Positions 24,465-37,370 of a stretch of DNA of 64,000 nt are shown one piece after another. The DNA lies in NCBI RefSeq assembly GCF_009914755.1, contig NC_060926.1, one strand, 5' to 3'. The DNA is from the human T2T-CHM13v2.0 reference genome, Homo sapiens. Numbering within the stretch: the stretch's first letter is position 1; the number at the start of each line of letters is the position of its first letter. A program made the translations under genes and the position numbers. Under the pieces are notes generated by a model. That model was not told the DNA's origin. It made no database searches and saw only the letters and a program-made list of their open reading frames with translations.

Positions 24465-27400
24465 TCCCACTCAAATCTCATCTTGAATTGTAATCCCCAT
24501 AATCTCCACATGTCAAAGGAGAGACTAGGTGGAGGTAATTGAATCCACGGCGGAAGTTTCCCCCACGCTATTCTCATGATAGTGAGTGAGTTCTCATGAG
24601 AGCTGATGGTATTATAAGGGGTTCTTTCCCCTTTGCTCAGCACTTCTCCTTCCTGCCACCTTGTGAAGAAGGTGCCTCTTCCTCTTCACCTTCTGCCATG
24701 ATTGTAGGTTTCCTGAAGTCTCCCCAGCCATGCTGAACTGTGAGTCAATTAAACTTCTTTTCTTCATAAATTACCCAGACTCAGGTATTTCTTTACAGCA
24801 ATGTGAGAATGGACCTATACAGTAAATTGGTAACACATTGAGTGAGGTGCTGCTATAAAGATACCCAAAAATGTGGAATCAACTTTGGAACTGGATAATA
24901 GAAAGAGATTGGAAAAGTTTGGAGGGCTCAGAAGAAAACAGGAAAATGTGAGAAAGTTTTGAACTTCCTAGAGACTTGTTGAATGGCTTTGACCAAAATT
25001 CTGATAGTAATATGGATAATGAAGTCTAGGCTCAGGTGGCTTCAGATGCTGTATGAGTCTATTTTTATACTGCAATGAAGAAATACCCAAGACTGGGTAT
25101 TTATACAGAAAAAGAAGTTTAATGGGCTCACAGTTTTACGCTGCTGGAGATGCCTCAGAACCATGGCAGAAGGCATAAAAGGAGCAAAGGTATTTTATTA
25201 CATGGCTGCAGAAAATAAAGCATGTTCAGGGGAGCTCTCCTTCATAAAACCATGAGATCTCATGAGAACTCACTCAATATCACAAGAACAGCATGGGGGA
25301 ACCGCCCCCATGATTTAGTCACCTCCCATGAGGTCCCACCTCCAAAATCTGAGAATTACAATTCAAATTGCAATTCAAGGTGAGATTTTGGGTTGGGACA
25401 CAGCCAAACCATATCATTCCACTCCTGACCCCTCCTAAATGTCATGTCCTCACATGTGAAAACACAATCATGCCCTTTCAACAGTACTCCAAAGTCTTAA
25501 CTCATTCCAGCATTAACCCAAAAGTCCAAGTTCACAGTCCCATCTGAGACAAGTTCCTTCTGCCTATAAAGCTGTAAAATCAAATGCAAGTTATTTACTT
25601 CCTAGATACAATGAGGGTACAGACATTGGGTAAGTAAACCTGTTTCAAATGAGAGAAATGGGCTGAAATGAGTGTCTACAGGCCCCATGAAAGTCTGAAA
25701 TCCAATAGGGCAGTCATTATACCTTAAAGTTCCAAAATGATCTCTTTTGACTTCATGTCTTACATCCAGGTCATGCCAATGCAAGAAGTGGGCTCCCACA
25801 GCCTTGGGCAGCTCTGCTCCTGGGGTTTTGCAAGGTACAGTCCTACTCCTGGCTGCTTTCATGGCTGTAGTTGAGTGTCTGTGGCTTTTCCAGGTGCACA
25901 GTGCAAGCTGTCAGTGGATCTACAATTGTGGGTGGTGGAGGACAGTGACCCTCTTCTCACAGCTCCACTAGGCAGTGCCCCAGTGGGGACTCTGTTTAGG
26001 GGCTCCAACACTACAATTCCCTTTGGCACTGCTCTAGCAGAGGTTCTCCATGAGGGCTCTGCTCTAGCAGCAAACTTCTTCCTGGGTAGTAAGTGTTTCC
26101 ATATATCCTCTGAAATCTAGATGGAGGTACCATTACCTCATTTCTTGTCTTCTGCTCACCTACAGGATGAACGCCACGTGGATACTGCCAAAGCTTGGGG
26201 CTTGCACCCTCTCAAGCCATAGCCCAAGCTGTACCTTGGCTCCTTTTAGTCATGGCTGGGATGCAGGGAACTAAGTTCCAAGACTGCACAAAGCAGCAAA
26301 GTCCTGGGCCCAGGATACAAAACCATTTTTTCCTCCCAGGCCTCCAGGCCTGTGATGGGAAGGGCTGCTGTGAAGACCTCTAACATGCCCTGGAGACATT
26401 TTCCCCATTGTCTTGGCTATTAACATTTGGCCTCTTTTTACTTATGCAAATTTCTGCAGCCGGCTTGAATTTCTCCTCAGAAAATGGGTTTTTCTTTTTT
26501 TATCACATGGTCAGGCTACAAATTTTCCGAACTTGTATGCTCTGCTTTCCTTTTAAACATAAGTTCCAATTGCAGACCATCTCTCTTAATTTCAAAGTTC
26601 CACAGATCTCTAGGGCAGGGGCAAAGTGCCTCCAATCTTTTTGCTAATGCATAGCAAGAATGACTTTTGTTCAAGTTCCCAGTAAGTTCCTCATCTCTAT
26701 CTGAGACCACCTCAGCCTGGATTTTTTGGTCAAAACCATTCAACAAGTTTTTAGGAAGCTCCAAACTTTCCCATATCTTCCTGTCTTCTTCTGAGCCCTC
26801 CAAACTGTTCCAACCTCTGCTGTTACCCACTTCCAAAGTCGCTTCCACATTTTCTGGTATCTTAATAGCATCACCACACTCTACTTGTACTGATTTACTG
26901 TATTAGTCTATTTTCATACTGCTGTGAAGAAATATCAGAGACTGGGAAATTTAATTAAAAAAGGATGTTTACTGGACTCACAGTTCCACATGGCTGGGGA
27001 GGCCTCACAGTTATGGAAGAAGGCAAAGGAGGAGCAAAGGCACATCTTACATGGCTGCAGGCAAGGGATCATGTGGAGGGGAACTGCCCTTTATAAAACC
27101 ATTCAGATCTCATGAGAACTAACTCACTATCACAAGAACAGCAGAGGGGAATTGCCCCCATGATCTAATCACCTCCCACAAATGCCTGCCCACAACGCTT
27201 GGGGATTACAATTCAAATTATAATTCAAGATGAGATTTTGAGTGGGGATACATTCAAACCATATCAGATGGAAATGAGAAACTTATTGGGAACTGGAGCA
27301 AAGGTCAACTCTTGCTAGGCTTTAGCAAAGAGACTGGCAGCATTTTGCTCCTAGAAACCTGTAGAACCTTGAACTGGAGAGAGATGATATGAAATTGGAA

Positions 27401-28946
27401 CTTATGTTTAAAAGGAAAGCAGAGCATAAAAGTTTGAAAACTTTGCCGTTTGATAATGCGATAGAAAAGAAAAATCCATTTTCTAGGGAGATATTCAAGC
27501 TGGCTGCAGAAATTTGCATAAGTAACGAGAAGCCTAATGTTAATAGCCAAGACAATGGGGAAAATGTCTTCAGGGCATGTCAGAGACCTTTGTGGCAATC
27601 CCTCCTATCATAGGCCTGGAAGCCTAAAAGGAATTGTGTACTGCGATGGGACCAAGGCCTCACTGCTGTGTGCAGCCTGGGAACTTGGTGCCCTGCATCC
27701 CAGCCACTCCAGCCCTGGCTAAAAGGGGCCAACTTATAGCTCAGATCATTGCTTCAGAGAGTGTAAGTCCCAAGTTTTGGCAGCTTCCATGTTGTCTTGG
27801 GCCTGTGGGTACACAGAAGTCAAGAACTGAGGTATGAGAACCTCCCCCTAGATTTCAAAGGATGTGTGGAAACACCTAGATGTCAAGGCGGAAGTTTGCT
27901 TCAGAGGCAGAGCCCTCATGGAGAATTTCTGCTAAGGCAGTGCAGAAAAGAAATGTGGGATTGGACCCCCCACACAGAATCCCCCCTGCGGCACTGCCTG
28001 GTGGAGCTGTGAGAAGAAAGCCACTGTCCTCCAGACCCCAGAATGGTAGATCCACCAACAGCTTGCACCATGCATCCAGAAAAGCCACAGACACTCAATG
28101 CCAGACCATGAAGTCTTGGAGTCCCAACTCCAAGAAGTTGGGAGTGTGGCTGTATCCTGCAAATCCACAGGGCAGAAACGTCCAAGGCCATGGGAGCCCA
28201 CCTTTTGCATCAATATGACCTGGATGTGAGATATGGAGTCAAAGGAGATCATTTTGGAGCTTTAAGATTTAACTGCCACACTGGATTTTGGACTTGCATG
28301 CAGCCCGTAGCCCCGTCTTTTTGGTCAATTTCTTCCATTTGGAATGGGTGTAGTTACCTAATACCTGTACTCCCATTGTATCTAGAAAGTAACTAACTTG
28401 CTTTTGATTTCACAGGTTCATAGGTGAAAGAAACTTGCCTTATATCAGATGAGACTTTGGAATTGGACTTCGACTTCTGGGTTAATGCTGGACTTAAGAC
28501 TTTGAGGGACCATTGGGAAGGTATAATTCGTTTTGAAATGCGAGGACATGAGATTTGGGAGAGGCCAGGGGAGGAATAATATGGTTAGGTTTTGTGTCCT
28601 CCTCACCAAAATCTCATGTTGAATTGTAATCCCCAAAATCCCCACATATCAAGGGAGAGACCAGGTGGGGGTAATTGAACCATGGGGAAGTTTCCCCCAT
28701 GCTGTTCTTGTGATTGTGAGTTCTCATGAGATCTGATGGTATTATAAGAGGCTCTTCCCCCTTTTCAGCACTTCTCCTTCCTGCTGCCTTGTACAGAAAG
28801 GGACTTGCTTCCCCTTTGCCTTCTGCCATGATTCTAAGTTTCCTGAGGCCTCCTCAGTAATGCTGAACTGTGAGTTAAACCTCTTTCCTTATAATTCACC
28901 CAGTCTCAGGTATTTCCTTATAGCAACGTGAGAATGGACTAATACA
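24465..28946 (+). mobile_element. MaLR THE1 (THE1D-like) provirus: LTR 24465-24820, internal region, LTR 28577-28946, split by a second THE1
   Basis: LTR motifs caaatctcatcttgaattgtaatcccc...gactaataca. The internal region starts gtaaattggt and resumes at 27267. Confidence 0.9.
25050..27266 (-). mobile_element. Complete THE1 (THE1C/D-like) provirus nested antisense in the other THE1; LTRs 25050-25416 and 26899-27266
   Basis: Both LTRs read tgtat.agtc...aaaccatatca. 5-bp TSD gatgc (25045-25049) / gatgg (27267-27271). Confidence 0.92.
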
Positions 28947-29345
28947 TTTTATATTTCACACATTCTCCCAATTTATTTTTCACTGAATACCAGTGATGCC
29001 TTCTGCTTAGGACTCCTATCTAGATATATTGTAAGAGTATGGTAAAATATTAGGTTGAATGATTTATAAAAAGCAATCAGAAGCCCTTAGCTCTCTTGAG
29101 ACACATGTCAATCATGTATTCCAAAAGTTGTTTTAGAAAACAAATTAACCATTTTCATGTAATTTATACTATCACTATTTTTCTTCCTTTCTGCTGTCTT
29201 TCACATGAGTCCATTTCTTCTCATTCCTACTGCCACCACCTCTTTTAGTCTGTCATTACATAACACATGGATGGTGGCAATTACTATGCAACTAGATTAT
29301 ATTTGTTTCTATTTCTCCTCATTACAATTTATCCTGAACATAATG

Positions 29346-29703
29346 TGTATTAGTCCATTTTCACACTGCTGATAAAGACATACTCAAGACTGGGCCATTT
29401 ACAAAATAAAGAGGTTTATTGGACTCACAGTTCTATGTGCCGGGGGATGCCTCACAGTCATGGCAGAAGGTGAAAGGCACATCTCACATGGTGGCAGACA
29501 AGAGAAGGAGAGCTTGTGAAGGGAAACTCCCATTTTTAAAACCATCAGATCTCCTGAGACTCATTCACTGTCACAAGAACATTGCAAGAAAGACCCACCC
29601 CATAATTCATTCATCTCCCACCAGGTTCCTCCCATAACATGTGGGAATTGTGGGAGTTACAATTCAAGATGGGATTTGGGTGGGGACACAGCCAAACCTA
29701 TCA
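29346..29703 (-). mobile_element. THE1B/C solo LTR
   Basis: tgtattagtccattttcacactgctgataaagacata...cagccaaacctatca, with a perfect TSD taatg on both sides. Confidence 0.92.
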
Positions 29704-29981
29704 TAATGCCACAACAATCTTCCTAATGCAACAACCTGAGGTGGTCAACAGTGTTCTATAGCTCTCTATTACATTCAGCATAAAGTCTGAACTCCTTAAC
29801 TTGATAGGAGATCAAACTCAAATGTTCAATTAGCATAAAAGAAAAAACAAATGACTTTAAAAAACAGACGGGGAAATAATTGAAAAAGCTTCTGGTTGGA
29901 ATAAAATGTGTGCCATATTGTTGAAGCAAATTGGCAAATTTTAGCAAATAATAAAAACTATACAAAGCATCTGATCAAGAA

Positions 29982-30394
29982 TTTTATGGGCTGAATTGTG
30001 TTGCCCTAAAAATGTATATGTTGTATAAATTTTGTATACAAATATATGTGTTGAAGTCTTACCACCTATTACCTCAGAATGTGACTGCATTTGAAGATAG
30101 GGTCTTTGGTAAGTTAATAAGTAATCATTGGTGGGTTTTAATTTAATATGAACCTTGTTCTGATAACAAGAGGAGATTAGGACACAGACATGCACAGAGG
30201 GAGGATCATGTGAAGACACAGGGAGAAAAATGCCATATAAAAGCCAGGATGAGAGGCCTCAGAAAACGTCAACTCTGGCAACAACTTGATCTCTGATGTT
30301 CAGCATTTAGAACTGTGAAAAATAAGTTTATATATATTGTTCTAGCCTCCTAGTCTATGGTACCTTTTTATGGCACCCCTATCAAACTAATGCA
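29982..30394 (+). mobile_element. MLT1 (MLT1B/C-like) solo LTR
   Basis: ttatgggctgaattgtg..., acctcagaatgtgact, gtgaagacacagggagaa and the end aaactaatgca. Confidence 0.8.
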
Positions 30395-31464
30395 AACATG
30401 TTGTTAAAGGAATTCATTAATACTTACAAAAATGGAAAAAGATAAATGTGTTTAGGATTGCCAATTGAGTTTTGGGGGTAATGTCTAAAAAATAGAAAAT
30501 AATAAACTTTATACATAGATGTATTTAGTGCCACAAACAGAAAAAAATAAAATATATGGAAAGAGGTTCTTATTAATAAAAGAAAAAAACTTTAGAACGA
30601 TATATAAAAATCTCAATTGCCTACATTATAATAATAAAATGCCTTCTAAGGTTATTTTGTTTATTTTATTTGCACGTTGTCTTGAATATAATAGTTTTTA
30701 ATGGTGCCAAAGCTTACAACTCATTTTAAAATAGAAATTCACTTTATAAAGATAATGTTCCCAGTTGTATAGGCTCTTTCTACTTTTAGCCTCTAGAAAG
30801 AGGTGAGTTTTAGAAAATCTTTCTGACTGTATGATATTTTTAATGTCTATAATCTTTTAAAGCATCATATACATTCTTCAACATTTTATAATCTTTTCTA
30901 AATATTTTACTCCTATATTCATATTCTCTTTATTTTGACCAAGATCAATTTATTTTTCTCTTAAGGCTGAAATGCTCTGCTTCTTCTACAGGTGAAGTGT
31001 TTGCAAGAAACTAAAACATAACCTGAGGAAATCCAGAAGTATATGTCTACTTTAATGTGTTTTCAGCACAGTGGGTGATGTTTGAGTTACTAGTGCAATC
31101 AAAAACCATGTAATAACCCATCTACTTCCTTAAGTCTAAACTCAGACTACCACCTCTTTAACAAAGACCCTGTTTCCTTATAATGCTTTCCCTAGCATCT
31201 CAAACAATATTTGACACATTATTAGTTAAATGAAGAAATAAATAAGCTTTGTTGATTTATTTTCAAATTGTCCACAAATTTTATTAAGCAAATATTATAT
31301 GCTCAGGACTAAAATAGTTGATGCAGGAATATTTTTAAAACAATTTCTACAATTTCAATACAAATAATTTGTTATCTCAATTTAGAGTTTTTTTAATGGA
31401 TATGAAACAATGGGTGAAAAGAAAAAAGGAAAAATTTTGTCATTCAGGCTATAAATGCTGAAGG

Positions 31465-31630
31465 ACCTTTGTGTTTAAACTGTGATCCATGAACCAGCAA
31501 CATCAACATCATCAGAGAAGGCATTAGACATGAGGACTTTCAGGACCTATCCCAGTCCTATAAAAATAGAATCTGTATTTCAGAAGACCTTGAAGTTATT
31601 TGTATGCACATTGATGTTCAAGAAATATTC
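31465..31630. mobile_element. MER5-like hAT-Charlie MITE
   Basis: accagcaacatcaacatcatc...ttagacatg...agaatctgtattt...tatgcacattgatgttcaagaa resembles MER5A. Confidence 0.6.
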
Positions 31631-34600
31631 CTGAAGGATATAAAATAATATAAATATTAAATAGGTGTCCAAGAAAGTCAAGAAAGACCTCACACAGAGG
31701 ATACTCAGTGTTGTGACATAACTATATAATTATTAAGAATGGAGGTGTTTATGAACTGTGAGAACAGTCTAAACATGAACTGAAGTTGTACAAAATTGGT
31801 GGTTTTTTCTTGTATATAATTTATATTAAGCTAAATAGTGTATTTATATATATGGGAAATAGAACAGTAATGATCCTTATTCCATGCTTTTCATGATGCA
31901 ACCATCTATTTTAATATCTTTAATACTCCCTTGTCTGAAACGTTTAAATTGATGTGAACAGCAGTTAGACATTAATTTAAGATTTCATCAATTGCATTGT
32001 ATAATTTGTTGTGAAATTCATGAAGACACAACAATGTAAAGGAGATGATGATGATCTTAATGTTGGCATAGAAAAGTCAGGAACTTCAAGTCCTCTGAAA
32101 CTTTCTATTGTCCATTAATCTTTCAAGATCATTTTCTAGATGAACGAGAAATTTTCATTCATTTCAGAGACTTGAATCACAGAGGAAGACAGAAGATAGA
32201 GATCAATTCATAGTGACTAAGTGTTATTTTTGAACTGTTCTTATTTCTATATTCATATTATCTTTTCACAGATTGAATATTTTTTACAAATGATCTTAAA
32301 GTAATGGCCATTTAGAATTCTCTGCTCACTTGATTAAAGACAACATGAGCTGTTAAAAATAATTTAACCAGTTACTTGCTAAATAGAATTGCATGCTAGT
32401 TTAGCAATATAGTGTGATGACATAGCAGTTCATAAAGGCAATGTCAACTTGCACATGCTAATTGTGGATAATAATGAGTAGATAACACAAAATCAAGAAT
32501 TCAAAATCTCTTCTTTTGTATCTATCTGTCATTGAAGTTTGGAAAATGATATTTTAAGAGTTTAATACCTTTCCAAACTGCTTTTGTAAAGTTGTACTAA
32601 AATGAAAATTTAATTTCAAATTAATATTATAGTTTAGTGGTTACTGGAAATGTATATAGAGGGCCTGGATAGATAGGATGGAGAGTTTAAATTGGAATAA
32701 AAATGTTTGGGTCATTTTAATAGCAATTATAATAATTTTATCATTACATTAAGTATATGTATGTTTATAGATTTAAAATAATCTCTAACATAAGATCTTG
32801 ATTGATAGAAATCACATTGAGGTTCTATAAGGATGTTAAAAAAGATGCTATAATTCCCGTGTATGCTTCATACTTGGAAAGAAAATGATTACATACTGAT
32901 GAAGTCCCAAATTTTCAATAGTTAAGGTTTCAAGTTTTTTTATTTATCATATTAGCTTTTCTGCGGAATACAGTTTTAAAGTTTAGCTTTTGCTATTATA
33001 AATTAAGATTGCTTTATTTGTTATGGTTTTTGTCTATACATTGAGTTTATAACAGATATTAATGTTGAGATTTGGGGAATTTTTAAATGAAATACAGATA
33101 TTTTAGTTTTCAGCCCTCAATCTTTGGTATTATATAGTAAGAATTACTTCTTAATTAGCTACTTTAAATAGAAATAAAATTGCACTTAACCTCTAGCATT
33201 TAACTCTCTGCTAAAATATTATATTGATATGGCAGACATTAACTTTCTAAGCATTCATCAAGTAATCTGCATTCCTTTAGTTGAGATAAAACGATACTAT
33301 AATTCCATAATAACAGAAGTAATATGTTATTAATCATGAATTATATAAATTAGGAGCTATGACAAGAAAATAAGGCTTATTTTAATATAAGCTTTCTTAA
33401 AGCTAAACTCAGAATGAAAAACCAACTGGGCATTGCATTATAAATTATCTTGATGTCTTCCCTTTTGTGGAATTTATACATTTTAAATGTAAGGCTTTAC
33501 ATTCTTGTAAAACTCTGTGGGCTCTCCTCTCTGCATACTCCAATCCCCAGTTGTCCCGCAGAACTGAGAGGAAGGCTCTGATATCCCAGAATCTAACAAT
33601 TAAAAATGAAAAGAAAAACAAAAAAAGGAAGCCCCTTTGGGAAGCAAAATGTGGAAGATAAGTAGTAGCTTAGAAAAAAAGATGTTACTGATGGAAAATG
33701 GGGATAGAAACACTTTCTGTCCTTCTCTGTTGTTTCATTCCACATTTTCCTATGTAAATAATTGCCTATCTTATTGTCTAATTACAAGTTAAGAAAGAAG
33801 GAATGCCAGACTGTGATAGCCAGGTTGGCAGAGAAACATCAGGGCATCCTTGAATCCCAGCATCACTAAAATTAAGATGAGCTGGCCCAAACTTGAGAAT
33901 TTGTTCTTCTACATCCTCCATAAGGTTGAAACAAAGCTCTATTCTGTATTATTTATCTGAAGCTCTCTTGTCACCCTATTTCCTAAACATCAGGAGCAGA
34001 CTCAAGCTATGCCATAGGGTTTGGCATTTTCCCAGTGATAACATTGTTGATCACAAAAGCTTAAAATTGCAAGTAAATATGAGCTGAATGTTGAAAATAG
34101 TAAGTCACCAGGAAAATCTTATGCACTATGAAGGGCAAACAAGAAACTTAGCAGTGCATAACACAGTACCCTGTGAAACAGAGTTTGGGCAAAACTTACA
34201 TTCTAATACTTTTGTAATGTGCAATGCAATGTGAGTGATGGAAAGGGGAGGTGAGGCAGGGAAGTGCAGGAAGCTACGTGCATTACCACGCTGGCCACTG
34301 CTTTATACCAAACCACGATAATACTTACCCTTCATAAGTTCCCTCTCTACTAAGAAGATGAAAATGGCATTTCATGTCTCTGATGTTAGTGTCAGCTCAG
34401 ACTTCACATCAAACAGTCCTCAAAATGTTTTCAAATTCAAATGGCTGCAGATATTCATAGATATTGATGGAAATATTAGAAAATACACTTTAAATGGTGG
34501 TGACAGCACCCTTAAGGGTGAAAAAATGGGTACTTGCTGTATATATTTATACACAAACACATATATATATATACACATACATATACATACCTCTTGCTTA

Positions 34601-34916
34601 AGTATACACACACACACATATCTTGCTTAAGTATATATACATCTTAAGCGTGTGTTTGTATATACACAGTTATGACCAGCTACAGAATTTGTGATGCCCT
34701 GAGCAAAATGAAAATGTAGGGAACCTTATTTAAGGAAAATAATGCCACTAAGTAAACTTTTTCCTGCCTTCTCCAGTCTAGATTTTTACTAATCATGGTG
34801 GTTATTTGCTATATAATGCCATTCAAAATAAAGAAAAACTAAAAATTAAGAATTTTAGATGGATTTTTGCCATACATTTTTGTACTGTGGAATGACAGCT
34901 TTAAATTCCAATATGA

Positions 34917-35339
<423 letters not shown>

Positions 35340-35461
35340 TGACTTTTTATTTTACTTTTTTATATGTGTACATTCTAATAACTCTAATTTTGATTTACTG
35401 GTGAAGAAAAAAGGACTAAAAGAAAAGGGAACAATAGACTTAGGCTGCTATAACTTTCTCT

Positions 35462-35795
35462 TTTCTTTCTTTCTTAATTTTTTTTCTTTTTTTTTTTTTC
35501 TTTTGAGACGGAGTTTTGCTCTTGTTGCCCAGGCTGGAGTGCAATGGTGCGATCTCAGCCCACGGCCCACTGCAACCTCCACCTCCCGATTTCAAGCAAT
35601 TCTCCTGCCTCAGCCTCTCCAGTAGCTGGGATTACAGGCCCTCGCCACCACAACTGACTAATTTCTTCTATTTTTAGTAGAAACGGGGTTTCGCCATGTT
35701 GGCCAGGCTGATCTCGAACTCCTGACTTCAGGTGATCCACACACCTCGGCCTCCCAAAATGCAGGGATTACAGGCGTGAGCTGCCGCTCCTGGTC
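35462..35795 (-). mobile_element. AluS (Sq/Sp-like)
   Basis: T-tail followed by gagacggagttttgctcttgttgcccagg...ggattacaggcgtgag. Confidence 0.93.
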
Positions 35796-37370
35796 TCCGT
35801 TTTCTTTCATGTCTTCATTATCTGTATAAGCAATTAGCTAATGCAGGAAAGTAACATGGGTACTCGTTTGTTTCTTAGAATGCTACTGAATTCTTTCCAA
35901 TCTGGAAGCAAGTTCTGGTTCAGACAGAAAGCATGATGTTGGGATTGTCAGTGATACTCTTCCTCCTCCTGTTATGTTCTACTTACTTTGTCTTACTGAA
36001 TTCACATGCATAGTGGGTCCACTGGATTTCTGTGTTCATATTGAACACCAAGAAAATGGTTAGCACCCCTCATTGCTCTATCCCCTCAAGGTGCCACATG
36101 TATTCTCCTAGTTATTACTTGTGTATAGTTTGAGAATCTATGATTCCTTTGGACTATAGGCTTTTTTCTTTTTTCTAGACAAGTGTTTAACTTATTCTTC
36201 ACTACAAAGGCAATGCTCAGACGTGGCACTGTTTGTAGGCAGTGAGGGGTGTAGGGCCTGCCTTGAAAAGAATAACTGTCATATTGCAAGGTATATACTT
36301 CAGTTGAGATCATTATATGATTTCCAGGCCAGAGGAATTTTTCTTCTCAGTCAAGGAGAAAGAAAATGCTTATGCGGACAGGAGGGTTTAGGAAAATTTG
36401 CGCATTCAAATATTCTCAGACATAGCCACTCAAGTGTTCCCATCACAGAACTCAGAATCCAGTATTTTTTTTTACTCTTCATTTGTACTAAGAGACCTTT
36501 TTACTCTTCATTTGTACTAAGAGGCTATGCACTTGATGTGCTTTGTAACTACATATTTGATACCTTTGAAACTATATAATTGCTACCTTTATATTAAGGT
36601 CTTGATCAGGATTTCCAGCATATCAACTCTGAATCTGTAGTAGTTAAGGTTATTTACAGTTGCTATGGAAGCACCCTGATTTTCAGAGTGCTGCTAGCTA
36701 TCTAGGAAACAATCAACCTAATCTTTGCATTATTTTTCTTTTATAAGTTCTCTAATCCTCTCAAAAAGAACTATCCTACTTTCCAATCCTTACAGTTATT
36801 GCTTCCATAATATTTATCCCATGGCTACTTGATTTCCCAAAACCTTCCCTTCCCTTTGTATCTCACTTGAATTAACCACTTGTGAAATGTTAAGGTATTG
36901 CAATGCTACTGAGTGCCAGTTTACCACTCCACTTACCAGAGTACTGGAATTTCTATTGCTTTCATATAAGTAGAAAATATGCCCCCAACCTGAGATTATG
37001 CTTTCTGGAAAGACTTCATTGATTTAGCCCAGGCTTTCAAGAAAACAGCGGTTTTTTTGGCTTATACATATATGTGATAAAGCTTTGTTGAGAAATACAA
37101 TTCCAATGCAGTATGAATGAAGAGAAAGAAAAAAGGAAGAAAGTAGGTAAGGATGGAAAGCAAATACAATATAGTGGATCTTTGCGATGACCACTGTTTG
37201 ACAGCAAGCCATCAAAGGGCATGCTCTTGACTCCCACTGAATTTTCCAGATACCTCATGTAATGCCTATAATTTGAAATATACCAACAGACAAAGGAAGG
37301 GAGTGGAAATTTGTGTGCTAGATTTTTTCTATCTCTTATTGATAAAATGTTTACCAAAAAAAGTCAACTC

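Noticed and set aside
25602-28829. Dense overlapping ORFs on both strands in MaLR internal regions (also 41356-42663, 51946-52844)
   Set aside because: Fragments and antisense frames of degenerate MaLR internal sequence; none is intact.
36223-37357. 106-118 aa ORFs in apparently unique sequence
   Set aside because: Non-ATG starts, no recognisable domain and no exon structure; consistent with chance.
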